Program-made: the position numbers and the translations under genes
Part shown: positions 37,227 through 50,100 of the stretch, piece after piece
How positions within the stretch are numbered: the first letter of the stretch is position 1
How the letters are laid out: every line of letters begins with the position of its first letter
Notes under the pieces: model-generated
Database searches by the model: none
What the model was told of the DNA's origin: nothing
Seen by the model: the letters and a program-made list of their open reading frames with translations, nothing else
From: Lama guanicoe
Lineage: Eukaryota
Assembly: GCA_013239625.1 (NCBI GenBank)
Contig: MU053629.1
Coordinates: 4,119,567-4,183,566, forward strand
Direction of reading: 5' to 3'
DNA: 64,000 bases

Positions 37227-40200
37227 TAGCGTGCGTGCGCCTGTGTGTGTCTGTGAGTGTGCGTGTAACGGGGGGTGGGAACGCAGGCAGGAAGGGGTGG
37301 GGGGACCCCAAACAAAACCTTCTCTGGATTTGCAAAGATCCAGAGCCTGGGGCTTCCACGCGGCACTCGCGCTCCCAGACCTCGCATTCGCTTTTCCCCT
37401 CCAGGAAAGGGGGTGCTGCAGGAATCGGCGGCCCCCCCACCCCGGGGAGCTGCGGGCTAGAACTTGAGGCCCGCTTTGTTCAGCTCCGCGGGCCGCAGCC
37501 CCTCCTCCGCCGCCGCCTCCCGCCCCCGCGGCCCGCGCTCGTGGAGGTGGTGGTGTCTCTCCCTTTCTTTTCTTCGTGCCTGTCCCCCCACTTCTTTCCT
37601 CCTCGACAGGAATGCAGTCCGTACAGCTGGGGCTGTGGGTGAGGAGCGGGAGCCTCGTGATTGACAGATTCCTTCTTCCTTCTCTCTTTGCCTTCGGGAT
37701 TAGCATTTTTATCGAGTATTTTTAGATTCGGTTGTGCCAGTCTCCCGCCCCCTCCGCGCACACACACTTTAGTTGCAGTGCAATGCTCTGACTTCTAAAT
37801 GAGAGATAAGTGGCAGAGAATAGGGTCTTCTGCCCAACCTCCGCCACCCCCCTCCCCGGTTTTTGCTCTCCTTTCAGTCTGAGATTGCTACTGGATGCAG
37901 ACCGGAGGGGCGCTTAGAGCTGAGGAGATAACAAAACGCACCCCAAAGTGGGCCTCGCATCGGCCTTCGCATTCCTACAGAGCCCTCCTTCCCAAAGCGC
38001 TTTGCCATCTGTCTGGACCTCCTTTATCCTACACTTCGCGCTAGCTAGGTCAGGCGGGAGCTCACAGATGGCTGATAGAAGGGGTCAGTGACTTGTCTCC
38101 ACTCCCCAGGGCCTTCTCTTAGCTTAGCTGCTGCCTGGCTGGGAATTGGGGTATGGGGGGGGGTGCACCTTAGCCTCCTGTCTCTCCCTCTCAGCTCCTT
38201 TTAAAAGTCTGATTCTGCACCGAGGGGGAGTTAGTGTGTATGTGTCCTTGGAGTCCCAGGCTGCAGAGGAATGAGTAGAGGGTCCCCAGGGCCTGAGCCC
38301 TGGAGGAATTGTCATCCTTGCTGCTGGGCCAGGAGTGAACTCCGTCCCTGGCCACCTGCTTGGGGCAGCTGTACAAGAGCTGCCAGCCGTGTCAGGCAGG
38401 CACAAAGCAACATCTGTCCACGGGAACCCAGGGCAGGCCTCCTCTGGAAATTAATGCCACATATGGTGGGAGTGCTGACTTGAAAAATAATAATTTTTTT
38501 CAAAACTGGGTGGATCCAGTCAATAAAGGGGGAGGGAAGGCGGTGTGCTGTCTGGGAAGTGAGTTCTGGGTGTGTGATCGGGAGCCAGAATTGACTTCAG
38601 AGGAGATGGTGTGATGTGATGGTCAGCGAGCCCTAGGTCCTGGTCCCAGCCCTGGCTTTTTAATTCTTCATTATTCCTTTGGGCGGAGGGTGGGTGAATG
38701 GAGGTCATACTTCTCCTGCCTGGGGAGGGGTTTGCAAAACCTGCCTTCTTACCGGCCTGGGTGCTGTTGAGGACAAGCGCTTTAAACCTTGAAACAGAAA
38801 AAAAAAATTGGTTATCAATTATAAAACGAGCAGCTGCATACAGTGTTTACAAAGAACTTCCACATGGTTTTATGAGATCCGGAAAAAGAAACTCCTGGAA
38901 AATAGATAAGGCCAGTAGGCCTAAGATTTATCTGATTTTGAAGGTTGAGAACGCTTTGGAGGAGAGAGGTGGAAAGGCTTGGCATAAAAAACATGGGATC
39001 CGGACCCAGCATGCTCCTGACTTTGAAGGTTCTGAACACAGTCTTTGCTGACCCCCCTGGATGGGCCTAATGGATATCTGTTGGCAAGATTGTCAGTGTT
39101 GAACTCTGGGCTGGTGACAGGCTGGAGGAGAGGCCTGGTTCTTGCTCGCCTTGGTGGGAGTTTGCCCTCTGGGGAAGCAGAGTTATGGCCTGCCTTTTCC
39201 TCTTCCAAAGTCCTCCACTGCCTGAGTTAACTTGGCCTTCTCATGACTCTGTTAGGACCGAGCCATCTTCTACCTGCCTGGCAAGGACCTAATGCTACGG
39301 CAGATTTTTTTCCGTCTTTTTCAGTTAGGGAAACCCAGTCACTTGGGTGGATCCAGACAAAGTGGATTTCCATCCCTGGATTTTGTGCCCACGCCTCTGG
39401 GTCACCTTGTCTCCCTTGGCAACAGCTACTGCTGTTTTGGTCGTGGGCAGAAAACTAAGGGCCACGTCTTGGGGAGGTGGCTAGCTGGCTTCACACTGGT
39501 GATATCGGGGTGTCTCTGAGCCCCCATCTGTTGTGGGGTTGCCGGTCAAATTGTCTGCTCTCTCCTCACTGCCTTTGATAACTATGCATTTGCCACTGAG
39601 AGGCAGGGGAGGTGCGTGCGTGTTCGTGATAAGGAGCCAGGCACCTTTGAAAATGACTGTCCTGATGGACACCAATAATTTGGGTTTCCACCAGTGGGAT
39701 CCATGCCTTGGCGCAATTGTTGAAGGGCTGGTTTATTTGGAAGGGAATTTGGGCTTTCTTGTGTCAGAGCACCACGTCCAGAGGAAAATGGGGAATTGAA
39801 CCAAACACCGGGTCTGACACACACCATCTCCTCCCTTTCTGTGCATCTTCTTTGGGCACGGCCTCCTCCTTTCATCTGCCTGGACTTTGCCAGGCTGCTC
39901 TCACCCTGCGGAGAAAGGAGAAAGATCCTCATCTCTAACACGCCTTTCTCAGACTTCTGGGGACAGCCCAAGGGTGCAGGAGTGGCCTCTTCAATACCCT
40001 CTCCATCTCAGCATCCCCTGCCCCCTCTTCTCTCTCAGCTGCAACTCAGAGCACCGTTCTTATGTGGCCCACGGGAAGCAAGCTTACTGTGTCTGCTGCA
40101 GGCGTGGCCCATCCTCTCCTTTCAATTGTTAACCTTGATGATCAGGGGAGTTCTGCCCGAGGGTGGGAAGAGGAGGGGGCCTGCTGGACAACGGGGCTGG

Positions 40201-41572
40201 CTCAGAGCTCTGGCCTAACCTAGGAGCCACTTGACGTTCCCTTGACATTCGGAACCTTGGAACTTGCTGCTTGTCCCCAGGAGTTCAGCATTTGGACCAG
40301 TGCATGTGGCAGACAGCCCTTTGCTCACAGTTCCTAATCGCATGATACAGGGTTGGATTTTGTGGCTTCTTTGATACTTATTGGCCCCTCCCATGTCTGA
40401 GTCAGTATCCAGGCAGTGGGGGTGGATGCAGAGATAAAAGTGAGGTGGCCCCTGTCTGTGGGAGCTTCCATTTCAATAAAGGAGACATCAGTAGGGCATT
40501 AGTTGAGCGTCTGTTTCTTATTCTCATCAGAAGAAATAGGAGCTCTGGTGTGGAGTAATGTATTTTTGGAGGGTGGGGGTGGATTACGATGTGTTTTTTA
40601 AATAGTGTAGAAGTCACTTTGTTAGACAACAAAATAATGCCAGCCATCTGGTTTCTCTAGAAAAAGCACAGAATCCAGGTCCTGTATCTTGCTGTTATAA
40701 CACCTGGTTTGATGTAGCGGTTCACTTAATGTCTTAGAGGTTTTGTGTTGATACCTGTAAAAGCTGGATGAGGTAAAGCCTGTGGAAGTGTTTGGTAAAA
40801 CAGAGTTTGACGGACGAGTTACGTTTAGCTGTCTATGTGTAGCACCCGTTTGCTACTAAACTATCCCATCACTTAATTAAATACCTGCTGTGATGTGCGT
40901 GGCAAGGCGCCTGTTCACAAGGGGCTCCCTGTCTAGAGTGGGAGACAGACTTGCCCAAAATTTCGGCCAAGGGCTGTACAAAATGCGCAGGGATGCAGGG
41001 GGACCATTAATTCTGGGGGAGGAGGTGGGGGAAGAAGAGAGGGGTCAGTGTGAGGTAGAAAACCAGAAGGGGGACAGGAGTTATTATCCGAAGGAAGTTT
41101 CTGGAAGGCCGTACGATCGTGCGAACTTGTGGCTTCACCGTGACAGTTGCCTACAGGAATGAGGACGGCTTTATCTTCCTTCTTCCTAAACAGAGCACTG
41201 CTATGAATATGTTACCTCATAATTTGCACCCGAAGGCTAGTGACTTCTGTTCAGTATTTTACTCCACTGCAAAGTGGTCTCTCTTTGAAGTAGAAAGTAA
41301 TTAGTATTGCAAACCTGAAATTCAGGTTTTCTTGGTGGGAACAGTGACTTTACATATATTAGCTCAGAGTCTAACAGCGTCAGTGAGAAAGTGGGCACCT
41401 TGAAGGTGATTGTGGATGCTTAGAATTTCAGAGGTTTGCTGTGACCCAGCTTTTCCCTTCTCTGGTTAACACTTGCTGAACATAAGCCTGAGTTTCTACA
41501 TGGACCTAAGAGCTTTGAATAATCTATTTTAAAACGCCTTCACAAGGATGTAAAGTTTTAAATGACAATTCT

Positions 41573-41638
41573 GCATATCTGAAATATGCATAGTTTACTG
41601 TCCCGGAATTATATCATAATAAAGTTGTTTAAAAAAAA
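41573..41638 (+). mobile_element. 66-bp retroposed stub (probable extreme L1 3' end)
   Basis: AATAAA plus short poly(A) between perfect direct repeats taaatgacaattct (41559-41572, 41639-41652). Confidence 0.8.
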
Positions 41639-42747
41639 TAAATGACAATTCTAACAATAGAAAAAAGTCAGTAAATACAGTCATTTAGTTCTGATGAGAA
41701 ATGCAGGCAGTTGATAATGGAGAGAATTTGGCTCAAGCTTAATCCCATCAGGAATCCAATTAAAATGAGTTTTTGAAAAATAAATATTGGTTCAATAATG
41801 TAAATTTGTAATTGCTGCATTATTGTAATGGAAATAAAATTAACACGATTTAATGGACTGAGCGACCATTAATTTCCACTTGTTAACTTATTGGGAGATT
41901 TTTAAATGCCATTGGATGCACAGTACAGCCGCGTCGGTGTATGAGCTCTTTTATGAAATAGGACTAAGCTGTACCTGCTTTAAAACTTGCAGTCCGACTT
42001 TATTCCCGTTGCCCAGTCTCCCACCTTGCTCCACCGCTCCCGGAGCCTCCTATAAATGCAGTTAAGTTCTCTAAAGTGGAATGCAGCTTTCTCAATCAAC
42101 GGGCCTTAGGAACAATACTGATTAACTTTTGTCCTGATCTCCTTTGATGTAGTGACTTTTTTTGTTTTTTTTGAATCTACCCTGCCCTCTTGCCCAGATC
42201 CCCATCTGATAGGACCAGTCCCCACAGGGAAAGAACTGTCCCCGAAAGGCTGCCAGTGAAGGCAGCCTGCTGAGTGTGCAGGGGCCCGGGAGGTTTCCCA
42301 GCCTTTTGCAGACGGGGCTGGATGGGACTAGCTCTTCCCTGGGACGGCGGGGGATCTCTGTTGACCACCGACATTTCCTGGGCCAAGGAGTCTTCAAGCT
42401 CCATGGTTCCTGGAACCAGTTGGCCGTTGCCATATTAAACCCACCTTGCAGAAGTCTGGTTTCTAATTTTGCGCTTCTCCAAGTTTTAGAACGAAGATCC
42501 CAAGAGAACTTGTCTGATTCATTTTTATGCTTTCCCTCCTGCTCCAGGTAGGAGGGACACACTAGTGAACTAGGTAGATGCCTTACTCTGCCCTCCTGTA
42601 ACTTCTAGTCCACTGGCAGCTGACCACGTGTCCTCTGGAGTGTAATAATCATGCGTATATCCACTCTAGTTAATTTGTAAATACTGTTTTCTTAATGCCA
42701 GGGAACCAAATCCCCCAAGCTCTACAGTTGATTGAGTCCTGATGAGG

Positions 42748-42773
42748 GTGTGTGTGTGTGTGTGTGTGTGTGT
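42748..42773. repeat. (GT)13 microsatellite
   Basis: Read directly from the sequence. Confidence 0.95.
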
Positions 42774-44494
42774 AACATCATTCTTTGTTTTGACTTAATT
42801 AACAGTTTCAGAAATAACAAATCTATAACACGGGTCCCCCTATCTGCTGTGATTATCTGAGGCGTCCGCTGTACAGAGCAGCCTGCCACCGTGGCACGCT
42901 GCTGCAGGATGTTTTGACAGAGAGACTCAAGTTTAAAACGAAAACACACTAGAAGCCTATTAATTAAGAAGTTGGGCTAATTCTGGACTAGGCTGAAGTT
43001 TGTTTAGCAGGCCCTTTCTCCCCAGAAATGCTGTCAAAGAAAAATTAGTAATAAACAAACTTCTGAGAGTCATTTTGGAGGCAGGAGTCAACAGACCTGG
43101 GGACGTTGTAGACTTAGCTCTGTTTCTAATTAGCTGTGTCACCCGGGGTGAGGCACTTAACATCTCTGGGCCTCAGAGATGCTCAGCTGGAAAATGGGCT
43201 GGATAAACTCTACTGGAGAACTCTTAACTCTAGAGTGGTTTTCATGCAATCGTATTGGAAGCTCCCTTTTGCACACATCACAGAGTTTTCTTAATTATTA
43301 ATGCCCTAAGACCCTATCAGTCTGATGCCAGTGAATTTCTATAGTTGAAAGTAATAAAACTATAGTTCAGCCTTTAATTTTGGTTATTTTGTGCCTCTCT
43401 CCTCCCTGCCTCTCCCTTACCCTGTGCGTCTAAATCAGTGAAATTTAACTACAAAGGAATATAAAAATAGACAAATACGAGGGAGGCTGTGTGTCTTTGG
43501 AGATGCAGTGAGCAATTTTTCTTCTTTTGTTGCTATTTTTGGTTATCCTCGGAGCAGGAAGTTTACTTAAACTAATGACCACAATTGCCTAAAAATGGTT
43601 AAATGTGAGAGGTAGGCATTATAGAGGATACCTGTGGAAAATGTTTGCTCATATGTCAGAGTTTACCCAGGAAGCTGCCTTTATTTACTTTCAAGCATCT
43701 ATATAAAGAAAGGCTATACTTGATTGCGTAAGCGTGCGCCTCTTGTGGGGCAGCGTGGAGGTTACAAGTTTAAACCCCAGCTCGGAAATGAAAAGTGAGT
43801 TTCCCCCGAAATAGTACTTTTTCTGTATCACATGCCTCTCCCTGCTTACATCTGGCAAGTTTTTCTCCTGACAGCTTAGCTGGGAGTTTAGGACTCGAGG
43901 GTGGTTTAAGACAGCCTGGGTGAGGGTTTGCTTTTGAAACTTAGCAGCATTTATCAAGCTGGTGGCTCTCACCGCGAACTCGTGCATCACAGACCGCCAG
44001 GCCAAGTTGTAGCTCTGAGATGTCACCTTGTTTTTTTTTTTTTCTTTTCCCCTTTGAGACCGAACTTTTGAAACTAGTAATGCTTTTTGGGTGTGTGTTT
44101 TTGAAAGGTCTGTTTTTTACGCTGTCACAGCTTAAAAATGCCAAAAGGCATTTTTTCCTTAAAAAATCACCTCTGGGCTAAGCCCAACAGTGGGGTAATG
44201 GATCCAGAAAGAACTTTTTGAGTCGTTACAAGTGGCTGAAAGCAGGCGCTGGTGATGGAAGTTGGGTTTTTCCTTTTGCTGCAAATGTTCCCCGCTGTCA
44301 ACTGACTCGCACCCTCGTGGGAGTCAGACACCAGGTGAGCCCTGTTTCTCTGTGTGCCTGCAAGGGCAGGGGGAGTAAGTTTGTTCTGTGTTGTGTGTAG
44401 CCATTTATCTTTACCCAGACAGATTCTTAAAATACTACCTGGGGAGCTGGGGTGGGGGGGTGTGGGTGGACCGGAAGAGCACAGTCATCAAGGA

Positions 44495-44715
44495 AGAACA
44501 GAGGGCCCCGGAGTCTGACAGACCCGGGTTTGAGTCGCAGGTTCCAGACTGCGTGGCAGCCTTGATTAAGTTCCAGTTTCCTTGTCTGCATAAAGGGGGA
44601 CGGGGCCACCCACCTCCTGGCAATCAATGCAAATGAGATGAGAGAGATCTAGCACTTGGCTGATATTTGATATTTGTAGCTCATAGCACACAGTAGGTGC
44701 TCAGTAAGCACTCAT
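44495..44715 (+). mobile_element. MIR SINE
   Basis: ggagtctgacagacccgggtttgagtc...cagtttccttgtctg...gcacacagtaggtgctcagtaa. Confidence 0.75.
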
Positions 44716-46104
44716 TTTTCCCTTTCAAGGGAGGCATTTGACTGATGATGTCCATCGATCCCAGTGGCGGCTGGGGGACCCCTCTGGCCCCACCTTGCTC
44801 TTAGGGCTCACCATTTAGAGAACCCCTGTTGATGCGGTTAAAGAATCGGCCTCCAGCACATGCGCACAACCTGGCCTCTGGTTGATCCAGGGTCCGGCAG
44901 CCTCTTGAGAGGGAAACATGCATATTCTTCAGTGGCTCTCCCCTCTCCCCCACCACTCCATCGTCACTTTAAAAATTGTTTGGCTGACTAAAAATAATAG
45001 TATTGAAAACAAACTTTGATGAATCAGTGCTCCTGGGGTGAGGGGGGTGGGGGGATCCTGAAGAAGAAACATGGTGACTCAGGGGCTTGTCACCGATAGC
45101 CTGCCCGTCAGCGTGTGGAGGTGCGTGATGTTTATGGTTGCTGGTGTGTTTTTGAGGCCCGGTTGGAAAGCACTTCCGGCCCCAAGTCCCACCTCACCAG
45201 TTGGCTGGGTTGTCAAGTGAGAATGTTCAGCGCCAGAAACTCACGGCTCCAGAATGACCCAGACGCGGCCGGTGGCGCCCTGAGCTGCCCTTCGTCGCGC
45301 GCCAGAAGGGACTCACACTTAGAGGGCCAGGCTTTGAATGTCCTTCTGGATCTGGTCCTTTCCATGGGGCAGAGCTGAGGGCCCAGGGATGGCCCATATA
45401 GAGTCTGCACTTCCTATGCCGGGTCCCCGCCCCCAGGGGTCTTGGATCTTCCAGGTCCCCTGTGGACCTTTTCCCCAGGTCCACCTGCCTCAGGAAGGGC
45501 AGACTGCATAGACCGTGGACAGGGTGTGCTCCCGTGGGCCCAAGCGCTGGTAAGGTGGGCAGGCCTGGGGGATGGAGGAATTGGATGGAGTTCAGGCTTG
45601 TCATGTCTGTGTGTATGTACATGAAGCCCCTCTAAGGGTGGGGTGGTGCTCGGGTGGGCTGGGGTTCGGGGCCAGCTCTCTTGAGTGTCCGTGTTCCAGT
45701 GTGAAACCAAGGGGACAGAGAACTCTCCATTCGGACCTGGACTCCAGGGTGGTATTAAGGTTATCTGTCAAGGTGGGACGATAGAACATTGTCTCTTTAT
45801 CAGTCTGTTACCTTGTTTTCTGTCTTTTAAATATGACACACGGTGGTGGGCTTGCAGAGGTACGTACTCTTGCTCGGGGACCCAGCAGTGGGGGAGGCAG
45901 GCCCGTGGTTAGCACAGCTCTGTTAGCTGAGGCCCCGCTCGGGGGCACCATTCCATGGACAGGGGATTGTGGGCACTTCCATGGGGATTGATTTCCCTCC
46001 CCTTGAACCCAGATCAGCGAATTAAAAACAGATCAGGGAGAAGGTGATACATAGGGCAGTTGTCCATCCGAAAAGTGGAGCAGAGAGTCCAGCCACTGAG
46101 AGTG

Positions 46105-46600
46105 CCTTTGGTGGTTGGATGTATTCACTGGGGACCGACTTTGTGCTGGGCCTCAGGGGATACAGAGGTGCAGAGATAAAAATCCTGTTTCTGAACTGCA
46201 CAGAGGCAAAAAGGGACATGGTGACCACAGTTACGGTGGGCTCATGGGAAGGACACCCTGGACAAAGTGATGTTAGGGAGCCCAGAGGAAGAGCAGCTTT
46301 CTTTCTGGGGGAGTCAGAAGGCTTCACCGAGAAGGTGATGCTCCAGCGGGGCTTTGAAGGATGGATAGGAGTGTGGGAGTGAGGGGAAGGCGGCATGGGG
46401 CACCGGCCAGACAGAGCATGGAAGGGCCTGGTGTCTGGGGCAGGCCGGACAGTTCACGGTGGCCAGAACGTGGAGGAGGGAGTGGCCGGGGAGGAGCTGG
46501 AGAAGGATGTTGCCAAGGGCTTCAGTCAGCCAGGCTTGGCGCTTGGACCTTGCCCCGTAAGCACCCAGGAGATTTTAAAGCAGGGGAGTGGCGTGGCTGA
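46105..46600 (-). mobile_element. LINE-2 fragment
   Basis: tgtgctgggcc...ggggatacagag...ggagtcagaaggcttcaccgagaaggtgatg...ctttgaaggatggataggag. Confidence 0.7.
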
Positions 46601-47407
46601 ACACCGGTCTGTTGGAGTTTCATTTCCTCCCCCACCCCGCGGCTGGTAACAGCAGGTTTTCTGCCTGAGTTATCCGGGTTAGAGTCATAATCCCTTACAC
46701 CACCATGTGGACAGCTTTAGGCTATGGCTGGACCAGGGTGAAAATGGTGTTTTGTTCGCCGTCAGGAGAGAAGATGTGTTGGGCAGCCAGAAGGGCTCTG
46801 GGAGCCCAGGGCTCCAGGTAATTAACCAGTGAGTCATGCTGGCCTCTTGACATGGATTCCTTGGGAAATTAAGCAGGGGCTCGCTGGGCTCCCATGCCTG
46901 ATGCCTGTTCTTCCCAAGCAAAGGCCTAGAGATCCGGTCCCGGCCTCTCTCTGGGTCGCCCCGGGCCTGGCACCGTGTCTTTATGTCGAATGTCTCCGGT
47001 CGATGTTTTTAATTTCTTCATTGATGATCGTCTAGGCCAGGCTTTCCAATTCCAGACCACACTGCAGTGAGCAAAAATACCGAAATTCTCGGCTGCAGAC
47101 TCACAGAATGCTGTCATGTATTAAAAACAGAGTGTATTCCTTCATAAGAGAGTAAAACAGTTTATTTAAGTTGGTGGTGGTCATTTATTTTATCACTGAG
47201 AGCAAACAGAAATCCTGTTGACTGTTGAGAGATGGTGTACAATTTACCTCATCTGTTTAGAAGCAGCTTTTTGTTGTTAATTTAAGTTTGTAGGTTTTTA
47301 GAAGAGAAAAGTTTCGGGTCCATGGACTGATTTGAGTTCGTGGACCATGCTGGAAAGCATGAATAGGGGCCTCTGCTGAAGGGGCAGCATCTGCAGGGGC
47401 TTGCATT

Positions 47408-47600
47408 CAGGAGACTCGGGTTCAAATCCCGGCCCTGCCACTGACTGCTCCGGTGACCACAGACCAGTCACCTGGTCTCTTTGGGCCTCCCTTTCCTCAG
47501 CAGTAAAATGGCAGAAAACGATGCCTCTGTCGGTAGGATTACTGACGTTGTTTATTTAGATGAGCTGTGCATTAAAAGCGCTTTGCAGGCTGCAAAATAT
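47408..47600 (+). mobile_element. MIR SINE
   Basis: gggttcaaatcccggccctgccactgactg...gggcctccctttcctcagcagtaaaatgg. Confidence 0.8.
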
Positions 47601-48226
47601 TACGCATGTCACTCATTATTTCTTTGTGAAGCCCAACTCAGTATTGCTAAAAACCCCTTTTGACAGAGATGGAGGTAAGGCTTCCAAGTTCACAGCCGCA
47701 TTTTCACAGAGACCTCAGAGAAAATCACAGACGATGCACAAAATTCAATAGGAGTATGAACTCAGGGCGTGCGTGCTGGAGGTCCTGTTCTAGAAGCTTC
47801 GGTGAGCTGATGCTCTCAGCCTTGTCCAAGGCTCTGGGTCAGCTGTGCTGCCCTGCGGCTGATCACCTGAGCCCCCTCCCCTTGGCCTGATCCTGGTACA
47901 CGCAGCACGGACTGGGGGCCGGCTGTACGCCAGGCCCCAGGGTGGGCATCGGCCAGTTGGTTGATTTTCTTTGCCCGTCATCAGGATTCTGGGAAGGATG
48001 AGTTGCTCATGTTTATAGGGGAGGAGCCTGAGGCTTTGAGGGGCCAGTGGCAAAACAGGAATCTGAGTTTAGGTCCTTGGTTCCTGAGCCCCAGTTGTCT
48101 GCCCCGAGGCCCCCCCGAGAAAGGGCTACCATTCTCGTCCTCACAAGAAGATCCAGGGAAGTTGCTTAAAGTCTCATGATAGGAGATGGAGCTGGATTTG
48201 CCTCTGAAATTCTGCCCCTTCTATTC

Positions 48227-48362
48227 TAGGGTGACTATAAAACTTATTAAAAAAATGAGGGTTCTTCTAAGAGTGAAAAGGGGCAGTGCTGTTCTCACTT
48301 ATGGCCAGGAAATGGGTGTAGACCTGGACTGTCTGAGCAGACCCGGATAAATAGTTCCTGCA
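48227..48362. mobile_element. hAT-Blackjack MITE, MER94-like
   Basis: tagggtgactataaaacttat...gagtgaaaaggggc...gtgtagacctggactgtc resembles the MER94 consensus. Confidence 0.65.
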
Positions 48363-49724
48363 AGTCAGCTGGCCTCTGATCGTGGTACCTGACCACGGCA
48401 ACTGGGAGGGTTCGCTCAGCAGGCTTCCGTGCCAAGTGCTAAAGTGTCAGGGACTGATAGTCATTTACTGCCATTCTGAGTGGACTGACTTGCCTAAGAC
48501 CATTTGGCACGTTGGCAACATGATATCTGAAAACTGGACAAGACCTTAAGGATAATCTAAACTAGTCAAGTTAGCACCGGAGCTTACTTAAGTGCAGTAG
48601 GGCTTTGGGGACATTTGGCCGTGCTGACGGACGCTCTGAAGGTTATGGGGCAGACGTGGGAGGTGGGGGTGAGGTGTGTCCGGGGCACGTGGGGGTGGCA
48701 ATGAGGGGGTGGAAGGACATTGACCTGACTCGGGGATGTCTGCACCCTCCTTGGGCCACTTCCCTTCAGAACCCAGGAGATGCCACTAGGTCCAGTGCAG
48801 TGTAGATGAGATTTAATGGCCAGGAGCAGCGCCCTTGTCTGTGCGCTGACCTCTCCTGCTCCATATGTGGTGAGGCCTCAAAATACTGCTGGCTGTGAGC
48901 TGGTGGGAGTTTAGCGAATAAACCTTCTGCCGAAGCGTTTTGGAAGGTGTTAAAAATACCAGCGAACATGCCTTTTCTTTCTCCTTGGTTGTGGTAAATG
49001 CATAGATGGTGCCAGGGCCGCCGTGGAGCCGGTGGCCCCAGGTAACCCCCTCTGCCAGTGGAACCCCGAGAGAGGGCATGTCACAGGATTCGTCTGCGAT
49101 CGTCCAAGCCTCATCCTTCCTCTCCTGCCCCAAATCGTCTGTCGGGGGTCTTGGGAGGGACCTGAGTTTTCTGTGCTCTCCAGGCAAACTGTCTGCCGTG
49201 GGTGAGGCCCTGTCTGATGAGCTCCGAGGAGAGGAGCTGGAGTGATGAAGAGGCCTGCTTACGGGCTGAGAAAAGCGAAGTGTAAATTCAAACCAAACTT
49301 GGCACTTGCTTGGAGAACTTCAGCTGATACTGCGGTGCTCTGGTCGTCATCCTTTGTGGCTGTGCCATGTCTTATAAATAGAACAAGATGCATTTCCTTT
49401 TTTTTTTTTTGAAAAAAAACCCCACAGATGCAAGGAGGCATGTGTGTGGGTGAATGTGGGCAGGGAGCATTAATTATTTATGTTCCAGTTCATAGGATAG
49501 GCAGCGTGGGAACGGGGCCCTGGGCTTCATGGAGATGACTAGGCCATCTTGTGGGTCAGGCTGGAATCTGCTCCTGTGTTTCTTGGGTTCCAGCTCTCTT
49601 CCCCATTGCCACCCTCTCCTCCCTAGCAGAGGCCCTCGGTTTCTAATGCCTGGATTCCTCAGTAAGCCAGTGGGCTCCCTCCCTCTCTGATCCAATCCCT
49701 AATCTGGATCAGGGGCCAGACTCC

Positions 49725-50100
49725 CTGTATTCGGATGCTTTGGGCTGCCAGTAACCTGAAACCCTGCTCACAGCGTCCACAGTGTAGGGGTGTATTATCT
49801 CCCCTGACAAGTCTAGAGGCAGGGAGGGTTCAGGCACCAGCAAGGACTTGGGAGCCTGCCATCTTTCTGCTCTGCCACCTTCAGCCTGATGGCTTTTGTC
49901 TTCGGGGTCCAGCTGTCATGACCGGTGATGGCCACAGCGGCTCCAGGCAGTGTCCTCTTTACGTGGTTGCATCCAAGGCAGAAAGGCTGCTTCTCTTTGG
50001 GGGAGGGTCTCTTTCTCCAGGAAGGGAACCTTTCCCAGAAGCCTCCTGGTATCTCACTGGCCACTGTCACGTCACATGCAGTCAGTGGCAGAAATAATGG
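49725..50100 (-). mobile_element. MaLR LTR (MLT1-like), degraded
   Basis: ggatgctttgggctgccagtaac...aagtctagaggcagg...gatggccacagcggctccagg...tttcccagaagcc...tctcactggcca. Confidence 0.7.

Noticed and set aside
45262..45282. CTCF-like motif GCGGCCGGTGGCGC
   Set aside because: Mismatches at informative core positions; not supportable without a matrix scan or ChIP data.
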